DNA from: an uncultured Bacilli bacterium
GTDB lineage: Bacteria > Bacillota_I > Bacilli_A > RFN20 > CAG-826
Reading direction: 5' to 3'
DNA length: 64,000 nucleotides
NCBI GenBank assembly: GCA_944358985.1
Contig: CALVSI010000002.1
Location: forward strand, 51,413 to 115,412
The notes beneath the pieces were generated by a model. The model was not told the origin of the DNA and did no database searches. It saw only the letters and a program-made list of their open reading frames with translations. Of this stretch, positions 39,230 to 49,237 are shown piece by piece. The translations under genes and the position numbers were made by a program. Each line of letters starts with the position of its first letter. The first letter of the stretch is position 1.

Positions 39230-42200
39230 TTAAACAAATTTTGAATATCTTTGTATCAAATACATTATATCCGAATAACTTATCAGACCTTTTCCGATAG
39301 ATACCTTTAGATAAGGGACTGGAAAATGAGAATAAAATTCATACGAAATTAAATCTTTAAAATCATCATATGTGAATAGCCCATATTTATCTATGTCTGC
39401 TTTCATCAACTCTTCATCGTATTTTAAATTTGCATCGTATTCAAATATATTAAATAATCCAGAAATTCCGCCAGGCATAGATAAGATATCTTCAGTAAAA
39501 TAATTTAAATGCCATGATGAAACAGGCGAATAAACTTTTGTATATTTCTGCTCGATATGTGCTTCTAATAACGTAACTATAGAAGCATTGCCACTAGAAT
39601 CAATGGCATAGAAATTATGACCAACAAAATCTATGTAGTTATTTTCAGTAAAATATACATATTTATTTAAATCAATGTCAAAAAATCCATGTTCCGACAC
39701 TACCCCTACATTTTTATTATTACTAAATTTCAAATTGATAACAACGCATTTTCTAAAAGGCTCAGAATCATTAAAAACAACTGGTGCAATGTCAATAATG
39801 CCTTTTTCATGATTGAATACTTTTACCATATCACCAGAAACAATATCTTTTACATATTTGACAGAGCCATCAGCCATAGTAATAAGAGTATCAGGCAATA
39901 AACATGGTGGTTTTTCGTCAGCTTTTGCGTGCCCTGAATAGTAGCCCATTTCAAACTTGTATTCCAAACCTGGAGCAGTATCAGCGTTTCCAGCTAAAAA
40001 TGCTCCGCTTACAGAACTTGTCGTATCATTAATCCATTCTGTTGTCGGTTGTGGACTAAAATTTGGGTCATTTGTGGTTATATAATTGTTTGCTGTGAAT
40101 CCATTTTGCCCGCTCCACGAGATAATAGTGTCGCCTTCTACCCACTCATATCCTATCCTAAAATAGTATCCTTTTTTAACATAATGTTCAGCAATTCCAG
40201 CAGCTTGTAGACGATATGTTTCTGTCCAAGGTCCATCTTGTGAAAGAGATTCTTCAATATAATATCTTGTGTGACCGGTGCCTGCTGACCATTCTGCCTC
40301 ATTATCATCAAAATTAGGATCTTTAAAAACACTGAGCGATACTTTAACACCTTCTGTTGGAACAATATTGATCTCAAAATTCCCATCAACATAAATCCAC
40401 GATGAATCACTGTAACTTATAGTTTCAATTCCGTTTTTTGTAATAGAAACTTGAACAGCATCGTTAACAACAATATTGAAATATAGTCCGCTTGCGATTT
40501 CTGTACTCCCATCATTGCTTGAATTTACTAATGAACTATCATAAGCATTTGATCCATCAGAATTTTGAGAAATAGTAATAGTGTAATCAAAAACAGGATG
40601 CACAATGCTCTTATCATATGTAACTGAAATTGTGAAAGTTGTGGAAAATAAGCCATCCCAATAGTAGTTAGAACCATCACTATTAGAAGTATATGTAGTT
40701 TGTGCTGAGAATTGACCACTAATAATTGTGCCATTGGAAATAAAATTGCCTGATGAAGTAACAATGACAGACACATTAGCAGTTCCTTCTTTAGCTTCCG
40801 CGCTTAAATAACTATTTGCTGAAATGTTTGAAAAATCCAAAAAAGCTTTTCCGGTTGTAGACGTGTGTGTAATGATTGCACCCAAATAGCCATTATTTTG
40901 TGAATCGGCATTTACTTTAATAGTGCCGTTAACAAGAAGTAACGCATCGTCTTTGCCAGTAGAATCATATCTTATTCCTAAATCTGCATTTACTTCTGGA
41001 GCGACACTTGAATTATAAAAAACTAGACTTTCATTAACATTTAGTGTTCCACCTTCTTCCACAATCATTTTAGAGCCCATCAAAAACTTTACTTTTTGAT
41101 TGCAATTAAAAATGCCGTCATCTCTAACGTAAATGGAGATTTTTGAAGATAATGGAAGATGAAATAGCCTTGTATCCAAAGTTATTCCGTAAACATCTAA
41201 TTCAATATAACCGATGTCTATCTCCCCATTAATAACAATACTGGTGCCATTAATATTTGTTGATCTTGAACCATATAATACATTAGTCGGTTTGTATTCT
41301 AATTCAATACTACCAGATTTAGTATAAATCAACGAAGGATCTCTGCTAGAGGAAGGTAAGATAGCAGCCAAATTGCTCGAGTATGACATATTACTTGGTC
41401 CTACTACTATAGCATTTGTATACATGCTTGCACCATGTTCAATAGTTGTATATGTCTGAAGTGCTTGAAAATCAAAAACATTAAATGGTGATTGATTTAC
41501 ACTAATTGCGCCAGTTAAATTACCACCACTTAAAACATCATATAAAGCTATGTATGTATTCAACACAGCACCATCATTAACTTTCAAAAATCTTTCGTTA
41601 TCAAAAGAATTATCAATAATATTTTCATATTGGCTCATTCCAGAATGCCTAGCATTGCTACTATCTTCCTTTAAATAACCGAAACAATTAAAAGTTGATC
41701 CTGGATTGCACGTAATAGAACTTTTTTCACCAAGATTAATTTCACAATAATAACCATTGTTCCCATTATATGATGTCGCCCCTCCAAGATTTAAAATTCC
41801 GTTTAATATAATATCTGAACTATTTCTCATATTTATAAGAATAGAGCGATAAGTATCGACATTACCTTGTGCATCGCCTAATTTATTACCATACAAATTT
41901 CTATCGTCGGAACTTTTAATTTTATATAGTGTTTCTTCGTTGTTGATGTTGCCTCCTGTCGCTGAACTATTATTGGCTTTTCCGATAAAAGGAATTGTTA
42001 ACGTTACCCCGCTTTTTATTTCGATTGTTTCATAACAATTTATTATCGTTTTAACATAAACGATTATTTCTTGTCCGGAATCTGCTTCTTCTAAAGCTTT
42101 GTTTAAAGTTCGATAATTTGTTCCTGTATCGCTGTTATAACAAATATATGGTGCCGTTTCATCAACTACAGCTGTTGCATTATCATAATTTAAATCACCA

Positions 42201-42289
42201 TAAACTATCCATGCAGCTTGACCAATGCTAAAAAATGCAAGGAGAGCAGAAATCCATATAGTAAAAGAAAATATCGTTCTTTTTAGCAT
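39230..42289 (-). CDS. 1019-aa secreted beta-helix-rich surface protein with a C-terminal Hint (bacterial intein-like) domain and an ~85-aa C-terminal tail.
   Basis: N-terminal signal followed by 'GQAAWIVYGD'. Hint block A 'CLLPDTLITMADGSVKYVKDIVSGDMVKVF', block B 'VVSEHGFF', and a C-terminal 'VYSPVSSWHLNYFTEDIL'. Confidence 0.65.
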   Translation of the reverse strand: MLKRTIFSFTIWISALLAFFSIGQAAWIVYGDLNYDNATAVVDETAPYICYNSDTGTNYRTLNKALEEADSGQEIIVYVKTIINCYETIEIKSGVTLTIPFIGKANNSSATGGNINNEETLYKIKSSDDRNLYGNKLGDAQGNVDTYRSILINMRNSSDIILNGILNLGGATSYNGNNGYYCEINLGEKSSITCNPGSTFNCFGYLKEDSSNARHSGMSQYENIIDNSFDNERFLKVNDGAVLNTYIALYDVLSGGNLTGAISVNQSPFNVFDFQALQTYTTIEHGASMYTNAIVVGPSNMSYSSNLAAILPSSSRDPSLIYTKSGSIELEYKPTNVLYGSRSTNINGTSIVINGEIDIGYIELDVYGITLDTRLFHLPLSSKISIYVRDDGIFNCNQKVKFLMGSKMIVEEGGTLNVNESLVFYNSSVAPEVNADLGIRYDSTGKDDALLLVNGTIKVNADSQNNGYLGAIITHTSTTGKAFLDFSNISANSYLSAEAKEGTANVSVIVTSSGNFISNGTIISGQFSAQTTYTSNSDGSNYYWDGLFSTTFTISVTYDKSIVHPVFDYTITISQNSDGSNAYDSSLVNSSNDGSTEIASGLYFNIVVNDAVQVSITKNGIETISYSDSSWIYVDGNFEINIVPTEGVKVSLSVFKDPNFDDNEAEWSAGTGHTRYYIEESLSQDGPWTETYRLQAAGIAEHYVKKGYYFRIGYEWVEGDTIISWSGQNGFTANNYITTNDPNFSPQPTTEWINDTTSSVSGAFLAGNADTAPGLEYKFEMGYYSGHAKADEKPPCLLPDTLITMADGSVKYVKDIVSGDMVKVFNHEKGIIDIAPVVFNDSEPFRKCVVINLKFSNNKNVGVVSEHGFFDIDLNKYVYFTENNYIDFVGHNFYAIDSSGNASIVTLLEAHIEQKYTKVYSPVSSWHLNYFTEDILSMPGGISGLFNIFEYDANLKYDEELMKADIDKYGLFTYDDFKDLISYEFYSHFPVPYLKVSIGKGLISYSDIMYLIQRYSKFV

Positions 42290-42292
42290 GGT

Positions 42293-42970
42293 TTATTCCG
42301 CCGTTACAACAAGATTTAAATTGAAAGATGGAACATTTGTTGAATCAAATCCATTCCCAATTTTTAAAAGATTAGAATTAAAAACATATGATAATTCGGC
42401 TTTCGCAATATCATTTTCATTCAAAATATTGCTGATAGCAAAAGTTGACTGTATTGTTTCGTTTATTGTGTCGTTGTTTTTATCTATATCAACATTACCA
42501 AGTGGAGCAATTGTTGAAGTACCACTTAAAATTCTAAAAGTAACCGAATTTAAAACTATTTGTGATGAATTATTAAAATGGTTAGTATCATTTAATGACA
42601 GACTGCTTTGAAAGATGGTTTGTTTATCATTCGTAAACAATCCATTTTGCTCAGCAAATCTCATATTTATTTGAAGGTAAAACGTAAGTGTGCCAGTATC
42701 AACAATCTCGCTGTTCGATACGAAACCTTCATCGCAAAACGAAAAACAAGAATATCCGCTAGGATATATTGAAGTATCAAACGCGATAAATCCTTCAACA
42801 CCACCAACATTAATATTTTCACTATACTTTACAAAATTATCATCATAACCAATTAAAAAACTAGCAAATCCACCAGAAATTAGAGATAAAGATATTAAAA
42901 ATAGTAATCCTCCACCATAGAGATGTTTGGATAGAATTTTAAGCAAAGTTTTTTTAAAATTTTCTTTCAT
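42293..42970 (-). CDS. TasA-like small secreted protein carrying a SipW-cognate-type signal. Second copy, and first gene of the Hint-protein operon.
   Basis: 225 aa. '...GGGLLFLISLSLISGGFASFLIGYDDN' resembles the 'GGGTxAxFxD' SipW-cognate motif. 3-nt spacing to the downstream gene. Confidence 0.5.
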   Translation of the reverse strand: MKENFKKTLLKILSKHLYGGGLLFLISLSLISGGFASFLIGYDDNFVKYSENINVGGVEGFIAFDTSIYPSGYSCFSFCDEGFVSNSEIVDTGTLTFYLQINMRFAEQNGLFTNDKQTIFQSSLSLNDTNHFNNSSQIVLNSVTFRILSGTSTIAPLGNVDIDKNNDTINETIQSTFAISNILNENDIAKAELSYVFNSNLLKIGNGFDSTNVPSFNLNLVVTAE

Positions 42971-43076
42971 AATTGCCTGGTTGATATTTTACATGCAATG
43001 TAAAAATAATGCAAGTTCAGGCAAAACTTGAAATTATGAGTGTCTAAAAAAGTGCCCATATATAGTGGAAATATTC

Positions 43077-43460
43077 TTAGACATTATTTATTTTGTCTAA
43101 ATAAAAAATATAATTCTTTCTTATAACAAAATTATTGTTTCCATTAGATACAATTGTTAGTTGATTGTTTTCATATTTTAAAATGATGATGCTAGTTACA
43201 CGATCTCTTATCACACAAGAATTAATATTATGTGATTTAAAATAGTCAATTAATGCATCATTTAGACTAACGTTATTTATATTAAAATCCGTTAAATCAA
43301 GGAAATCACCACTTGCAAATGTTGTTTTCCAAATTAATCCTTTGTTTACTTCCGCATTAGTGGTTGAAGAATGAATTGCGAATCCATCAGCGGATCTATC
43401 TGGATTTTCATTAAAAATTTTAATGAATAAATTTTCATGTCGATACGCATATAAATTCAT
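43077..43460 (-). CDS. Small cytoplasmic hypothetical protein (~127 aa from an internal ATG).
   Basis: ORF with no signal peptide. Start ambiguous: neither candidate ATG has a good RBS. Confidence 0.35.
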   Translation of the reverse strand: MNLYAYRHENLFIKIFNENPDRSADGFAIHSSTTNAEVNKGLIWKTTFASGDFLDLTDFNINNVSLNDALIDYFKSHNINSCVIRDRVTSIIILKYENNQLTIVSNGNNNFVIRKNYIFYLDKINNV

Positions 43461-43650
43461 AATATTTCCACTTTCATAAATTAAAAAAATCATAAATAGA
43501 ATAATGGCTGAGTTACCCGCTGATTATCTATTGTGGTAAGTAGATATCGCTAGCCAAATTCAAATCTATCACTTTCAAATCTTTTATTAAGTAGTTCAAT
43601 TTCTTTTTTTCTACCATATGGATAAATAGACATGCTTCCTGCTAGCGTTT

Positions 43651-43685
43651 TACTAACTACGTTGTTACTAACTACGTTGTTACTA
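43651..43685. repeat. 15-bp tandem direct repeat (tactaactacgttgt, x2.3) in the intergenic region upstream of ung.
   Basis: Read directly from sequence. Confidence 0.6.
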
Positions 43686-43740
43686 TAATTAATAACTAGT
43701 TTTATTTTTTATCAATTAATATCGTGTTAAAAATAGTTAA

Positions 43741-44424
43741 CTAATTTTTATTCCACTTTATTTCTTCAATATTATGTTTTTTTAAATATTCATTGCATAA
43801 AATAAAATGATTGTTATTAAACCATCCACCTTTATTTGCACTTAATGGAGATGGATGATTAGCTTTTAATATTAAATGATTTGGATTATTTAAATATTTT
43901 GCTAATCCTTTTGCGTATCCTCCCCAAAGCATAAATACAATTGGTCTATCTAAATCATTGATAAATTTTAAAACATCTTGAAAAAATAAATCATATTCCT
44001 CTCTTTTATGAGATAATGGTTTACCTTTCTCTACACTTAAAATAGAATTTAATAACAAGCATCCCTGTGTTGCTAAATATGTTAAGTCTCCATCTTGTTT
44101 AGACATATTGACATGATATTCGTTTTCTATTTCTTTATATATGTTTATCAATGATGGAGGCAATTTTACACCACTTCTAACAGAAAAACATAATCCCATA
44201 GCTTGTTTGGGTTCATGATATGGATCTTGCCCAATAATAACAACTTTTAAATTAGAAACGGGCGTCAATAAAAAAGCTTTAAACATTTCATTTCTAGGAG
44301 GATATATTATTTTATTTTTATATTCTTCATCTAAAAACATTTTTAAACTTTTCGAATATTCTTTTTCTTTAATTTGTTTAAAAAAATCATTCCATGTTAA
44401 TTCCATATGAGATAATTTTATCAT
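43741..44424 (-). CDS. ung: Uracil-DNA glycosylase (family 1).
   Basis: 'GQDPYH' and 'HPSPLS' UDG motifs. 227 aa. Confidence 0.9.
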   Translation of the reverse strand: MIKLSHMELTWNDFFKQIKEKEYSKSLKMFLDEEYKNKIIYPPRNEMFKAFLLTPVSNLKVVIIGQDPYHEPKQAMGLCFSVRSGVKLPPSLINIYKEIENEYHVNMSKQDGDLTYLATQGCLLLNSILSVEKGKPLSHKREEYDLFFQDVLKFINDLDRPIVFMLWGGYAKGLAKYLNNPNHLILKANHPSPLSANKGGWFNNNHFILCNEYLKKHNIEEIKWNKN

Positions 44425-44478
44425 TTTTATTCGTTTATTTATAAAATAGATTAAATAAATTATAATTTATTATTAGAT

Positions 44479-45561
44479 ATGAAAATTTTAATCGTATTTA
44501 ATCATCCAGCTCCTTATAAAGTTGATTTATTTAATCAAATTAATAAAGAATTACCAATTGAGGTGATTTTTGAGCGATCAAAAGCTAAAAATAGAGATAA
44601 CAAATTTTACTTTAATAAAGAAATGAATTTTAAATACCAAATTATAGATAAAGGTAATTTTTCTGATGAAAATTCTTTTTCTTTTAGAATTAAAAACATC
44701 ATAAAAAATAATAATTATGATTTGATTGTTATGAATGGTTATTCTACTTTAAGCGAAATGATAACGATAAATTATTTAAATAAAAAACATATGCCCTGGG
44801 TTCTTATGATAAATGGCGGAATTATTAAAAATGATAATTATTTTAAAAAATTAATTAAAACACACTATATCTCTTCTGCTTCATATTATTTATCTCCGTG
44901 TCTTGAAAGCGATAAATATTTAAAATATTATGGCGCTAAAAACAAAATTTATAATTATCCATATTCCACGATTTATGAAAATGAAATATTAGATAAACCA
45001 ATTAATCTCAAAGAAAAACAATTATTAAAACAAGAATTAAACTTACCTGATAAAAAAGTATTTATTGCTCCTTCACAATTTATAAAAAGAAAAAATAATG
45101 AGTTTTTGCTAGATATTTTTAAAGATTTACCTAATTATTTTCTTCTTTTAGTGGGAAGTGGAAAGCTTTTAAATAAATACAAAACATTTATCAAAAAGCA
45201 TAATTTAAATAATGTTAGGATAATTGGTTATTTATCTAAACAAGATTTAATAAAATATTATCGTGCAAGCGATGCTTTGATTAACTTATCTAAAGAAGAC
45301 ATTTATTGTCATACGATTAATGAAGCTCTCGGCCAAGGTATCCCATGTATTGCGTCAAATTGTATTGTAAGCGCTAATCACTTAATAAAAGATGGTATTA
45401 ATGGTTATGTTGTTAATTTAAAAAACAAAAAAGACATTGTTAATGCTATGAATAAAGTTGATAATAATATGTCGATTAATTGTTTAAAAATTGCAAAAGA
45501 AAATACAATTGAAAAATCAGCAGAAAAATTAATTAAAATATTTAAAGAGTTAGCAAAATGA
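44479..45561 (+). CDS. Glycosyltransferase family 4 (GT4, group 1).
   Basis: C-terminal 'EALGQGIPCIASN' E-x7-E-type motif. 360 aa. Confidence 0.7.
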   Translation: MKILIVFNHPAPYKVDLFNQINKELPIEVIFERSKAKNRDNKFYFNKEMNFKYQIIDKGNFSDENSFSFRIKNIIKNNNYDLIVMNGYSTLSEMITINYLNKKHMPWVLMINGGIIKNDNYFKKLIKTHYISSASYYLSPCLESDKYLKYYGAKNKIYNYPYSTIYENEILDKPINLKEKQLLKQELNLPDKKVFIAPSQFIKRKNNEFLLDIFKDLPNYFLLLVGSGKLLNKYKTFIKKHNLNNVRIIGYLSKQDLIKYYRASDALINLSKEDIYCHTINEALGQGIPCIASNCIVSANHLIKDGINGYVVNLKNKKDIVNAMNKVDNNMSINCLKIAKENTIEKSAEKLIKIFKELAK

Positions 45562-46730
45562 AAAAGATAATTTATATCACTACAACAATGAATGAAGAAG
45601 ACTATGTTGATTATATGGAACATTGGAAAATTAAACCAAATCCATCAAATCAAAATTTTCATAATAAATTTATTCGTTCATTAGCGATAGATAATTTTGT
45701 TGATGTAATAAGTATTCGCCCTTTTTCAAGAAATTTGTGTTCATTAAAAAGATTGCCTAAAGATATAAAAATTGAAAACAACATAACTTGGCACTACTTA
45801 TCAATAGCTAGAAACGTATTTGTTAGAATTAATTCTTGTCTTAGACAAATATATCAACTTATTAATGAAATCGCAGATAAAAATACAATTATTTTTACCG
45901 ACACTATTAACATGAGTATTGTTTATTATCTAAAACATGTCTTGAAAAAGAAAAAAATTCGTGTCGTTGGATTATTAACTGATTCTCCTTCAAATATATC
46001 AAATACAAGAAAGTCATATACAACATTCATATTAAACAATACAAACCAATATGATGCATATATTGCACTGACAAGAGAATTAAATGATTTATATAACACA
46101 AACAATAAACCATATTTAGTCAATGAAGGAATTGTTGAAGAAAAACATACTTTTAAAAAAGATAAATTAGCGATTAAATATTTCTTCTTTGCGGGTGCGA
46201 TAATGGAAAGATATGGAATATATAATTTAATTGAAGCATTTAAAAAAATAAATATTAAATATCCTAATTATTATTTATTGATTGCTGGGCATCACGCTGA
46301 CGAACAATATTTATTCAATAAAATTAAAGATTGCCATAACATTCGATACTTATACACTTTAAGTTATGATGATGTTTTATATTATGAAAAATATGCAGTT
46401 GCCAATATAAATCCTCGTCCGTTTAGTGAAGATTTAGACCACTTCTCTATTCCAAGCAAAACATTAGAATATTCTTGTAGCGGAGCTATAACAATATCGG
46501 TTAAAAATTCTAAATTAATTAAATATTTTCCACAAGAAATCGTTTGGTGCAAATCATCAAATATCGATGATTTATATGAAGCAATGGAAAAAGTAATTAC
46601 TAATGATGATGACTTAAATAAAGAAATAGCCACAAAGGCTAAAGAAATTGTTTTAGATAATTTTTCATTAGAAGCTGTTAATAAAAAAGTTAATGACTTT
46701 TTAGATAAGGTTTTTAAAGATGAACAATAA
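45558..46730 (+). CDS. Glycosyltransferase (GT4-like), second in the cluster.
   Basis: Rossmann-like GT-B C-terminal half. Overlaps the upstream GT by 4 nt. Confidence 0.55.
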   Translation: MKKIIYITTTMNEEDYVDYMEHWKIKPNPSNQNFHNKFIRSLAIDNFVDVISIRPFSRNLCSLKRLPKDIKIENNITWHYLSIARNVFVRINSCLRQIYQLINEIADKNTIIFTDTINMSIVYYLKHVLKKKKIRVVGLLTDSPSNISNTRKSYTTFILNNTNQYDAYIALTRELNDLYNTNNKPYLVNEGIVEEKHTFKKDKLAIKYFFFAGAIMERYGIYNLIEAFKKINIKYPNYYLLIAGHHADEQYLFNKIKDCHNIRYLYTLSYDDVLYYEKYAVANINPRPFSEDLDHFSIPSKTLEYSCSGAITISVKNSKLIKYFPQEIVWCKSSNIDDLYEAMEKVITNDDDLNKEIATKAKEIVLDNFSLEAVNKKVNDFLDKVFKDEQ

Positions 46731-48210
46731 CATTCGCGTTAATGTAATTATAAATTTAATTCGAACAGTAGCGTTAACAATACTATCATTTATTACTTTT
46801 CCTTATGTTTGCCGTGTATTAGGTGATGATGTTTTTGGGGCGTATACTTGGGCAAATACTTTCGTCTATTATTTTTTAATCTTGGCAAAAATTGGTATTC
46901 CAAATTTAGCCATTCGAGAATGTGTTAAAGTAAGAGATAATAAAGAACTTCTATCAAACAAAGCACAAGCCTTTTTTATTTTACAAGGTATTGCAACTTC
47001 TTTATCTTTTGGCCTTATGTGTATTTTTGTTTTTTCAGTTCCACAACTTTTTGATGTCAAAGGTATTATATTTTTATTATCTTTAAATTTTATTACTGGG
47101 GCCTTTTCATTTGAATGGATTTTTATTGCCTTAGAAAAGCAAGTTTATATGTCAATAAGATCAATACTGGTTTTAACATTAAGTGCAATTTTAATTATTG
47201 TGTTAGTTAAAAATCCTGATGATGTATACATTTATGCTTTAATTACCGCTGGATTAACATTAATCATTTCAATTGCTAATGTCATATATTTAAAAGGCAA
47301 GATTTCTTTTTTAAAAACAATGCCGTATAATTTCAAACAATATTTTAAGCCTTTATTGACATTATTTTCTCTTTCGATGGTTTTAGCTTTATATAATCAA
47401 AGCGATACTTTTATTTTAGGCTTTTTAGATACAAACAAAACTGCGGTCGCATCATATTCGGTTGGTATTAAAGGAATAGATATAATTATTGCAATAATTG
47501 CTAACCTTTCCACGGTATTCATACCACGAGCAGCACATTTATATATTCAAGAAGATAAATCCTACTTTCGTCGTTTGTTAAAATATTCTATTAATATTTG
47601 TTTATTTATTGTTTTGCCAGCAATTGTAACTATGTCAACATTATCTAACCAAATATGTACCTTAATCGCTGGAGAACAAGGTTATGATGGCGCGGATATT
47701 GTTTTAATATCTCTTTCATTTATGATGTTAACATATTCGATTGGTGATATTATTTATGGCCAAATACTTTTGCCAGCAAAAAAAGAAAAATATTATTTGT
47801 TTTCAGTATTAATTGCCACTTTATTAAATATTGGGTGTTCTTTAATATTCGGTTTATTTATTTTCAAAGATTCTCCACATATCGGCGTTGCAATTTCAAC
47901 AATGATAATTGACGCCCTATTATTGTTTGCATTAATCGCTATGTCGTTTGATTGGATTAAAAAAGCTTTATTTAACATTAATACATTAAAATTATTTATT
48001 GCAAACGCAATAATATGCGTCGTAAGTATTTTATTAGTTATTGTTTTCCCAATAGAAAATTTATACGCTGAACAACTAAGTATTACTAATAGTTACATGC
48101 TTACACTTGCCGTTATCGTGGCTATTGACGCCATCATATATCTACTGACATTATTTTTCTTAAAAGAGGATTTAGTAATGTCTTTTTTTAAAAAGAAAAC
48201 AGCAAACTAA
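46720..48210 (+). CDS. MOP-superfamily polysaccharide flippase (Wzx-like).
   Basis: 496 aa with about 14 TM helices. Follows the two GT genes, overlapping by 11 nt. Confidence 0.6.
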   Translation: MNNNIRVNVIINLIRTVALTILSFITFPYVCRVLGDDVFGAYTWANTFVYYFLILAKIGIPNLAIRECVKVRDNKELLSNKAQAFFILQGIATSLSFGLMCIFVFSVPQLFDVKGIIFLLSLNFITGAFSFEWIFIALEKQVYMSIRSILVLTLSAILIIVLVKNPDDVYIYALITAGLTLIISIANVIYLKGKISFLKTMPYNFKQYFKPLLTLFSLSMVLALYNQSDTFILGFLDTNKTAVASYSVGIKGIDIIIAIIANLSTVFIPRAAHLYIQEDKSYFRRLLKYSINICLFIVLPAIVTMSTLSNQICTLIAGEQGYDGADIVLISLSFMMLTYSIGDIIYGQILLPAKKEKYYLFSVLIATLLNIGCSLIFGLFIFKDSPHIGVAISTMIIDALLLFALIAMSFDWIKKALFNINTLKLFIANAIICVVSILLVIVFPIENLYAEQLSITNSYMLTLAVIVAIDAIIYLLTLFFLKEDLVMSFFKKKTAN

Positions 48211-48274
48211 AAATCAAAACAATATCAAAATAGAATAATAATATTGCAAAAACTAAATATTTTTAATTTATTTA

Positions 48275-49225
48275 TTAATAACTGATGTAAAACAATACAT
48301 TAAAGTTCCAAGTATTATTTGATGGTGAAGAATAAGTACTAACATAACAATCAATTGCAAATAAAGGCTCATTATCCTCATCATAAATGATTTGATAATA
48401 ATCATCATATTCTGTTGTAGAATTTGCACTATCGAGCAAATAATTTTTTGCTAATAGTTGACTAATAAAATCTTCAACAGAAACAATTGATACATCTTCT
48501 TCATCGTGACTGGTATTATATTCACAGTGAATATCAATATCAACATAAGGATATCCATTAAACGTATAACATGCATAAGACACATTATTTAAATACATTG
48601 GCTCAAACTCAAATAAAGAAGCATATTCACGATCTAACATTAACAAATCGGATATTAAAATTGCATCTTGATTATTTTGATTAGGCCATGATGTAGAAAG
48701 ATATTTTGTATCTATATAAGCATCCACAGTTAGACAAGACAAAGTGTAATCATAATAAATATTTAAATAAAAACGTGAATTGATAGTACTAGTATTATCT
48801 AATTGTTTATATAAATAATAAATTTTTTCTTGTTCACTGCTCGCTGTTTGTAGTTCATTATCTATAACAAAAGTCTCACCATAATTTGTTAAAACAAAAT
48901 TATAATAATCATCAACAATTTCCACACTGGCAGTTTCATAAGTTAACGCTAAAACATTCGTGGTGAAATAATATGTTAACAAATAATTACTAGTGGAAAC
49001 TTGTGATGAACTTGTATCTAAAGATATCGAAGTATAAAACAAGGAAGGATCAAATGGAATTATATTACCTTCGCCTAAATAATCATTCATCAACAGCAAA
49101 TCACTTTCGGTCCAATCGTAGATATAATTATTAGATGTTGATGTGTTGTTATTATTTTGATCACACCCCGCTAATAGACCAAGAAGAATAGGAGCCAATA
49201 ATAGTAACTTTATATTTTTTCTCAT
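48275..49225 (-). CDS. Lipoprotein of unknown function.
   Basis: Lipobox 'LLAGC'. GGAGGT RBS. Last gene of the opp-LRR transcription unit. Confidence 0.55.
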   Translation of the reverse strand: MRKNIKLLLLAPILLGLLAGCDQNNNNTSTSNNYIYDWTESDLLLMNDYLGEGNIIPFDPSLFYTSISLDTSSSQVSTSNYLLTYYFTTNVLALTYETASVEIVDDYYNFVLTNYGETFVIDNELQTASSEQEKIYYLYKQLDNTSTINSRFYLNIYYDYTLSCLTVDAYIDTKYLSTSWPNQNNQDAILISDLLMLDREYASLFEFEPMYLNNVSYACYTFNGYPYVDIDIHCEYNTSHDEEDVSIVSVEDFISQLLAKNYLLDSANSTTEYDDYYQIIYDEDNEPLFAIDCYVSTYSSPSNNTWNFNVLFYISY

Positions 49226-49237
49226 ATACTACCTCCG

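Noticed and set aside
39230-39940. A true mobile intein in the 1019-aa gene.
   Set aside because: The Hint domain is at the C-terminal end of a secreted protein. It lacks a homing-endonuclease insert, the terminal His-Asn and a +1 Cys/Ser/Thr. BIL/PT-HINT-type autoprocessing is more likely.
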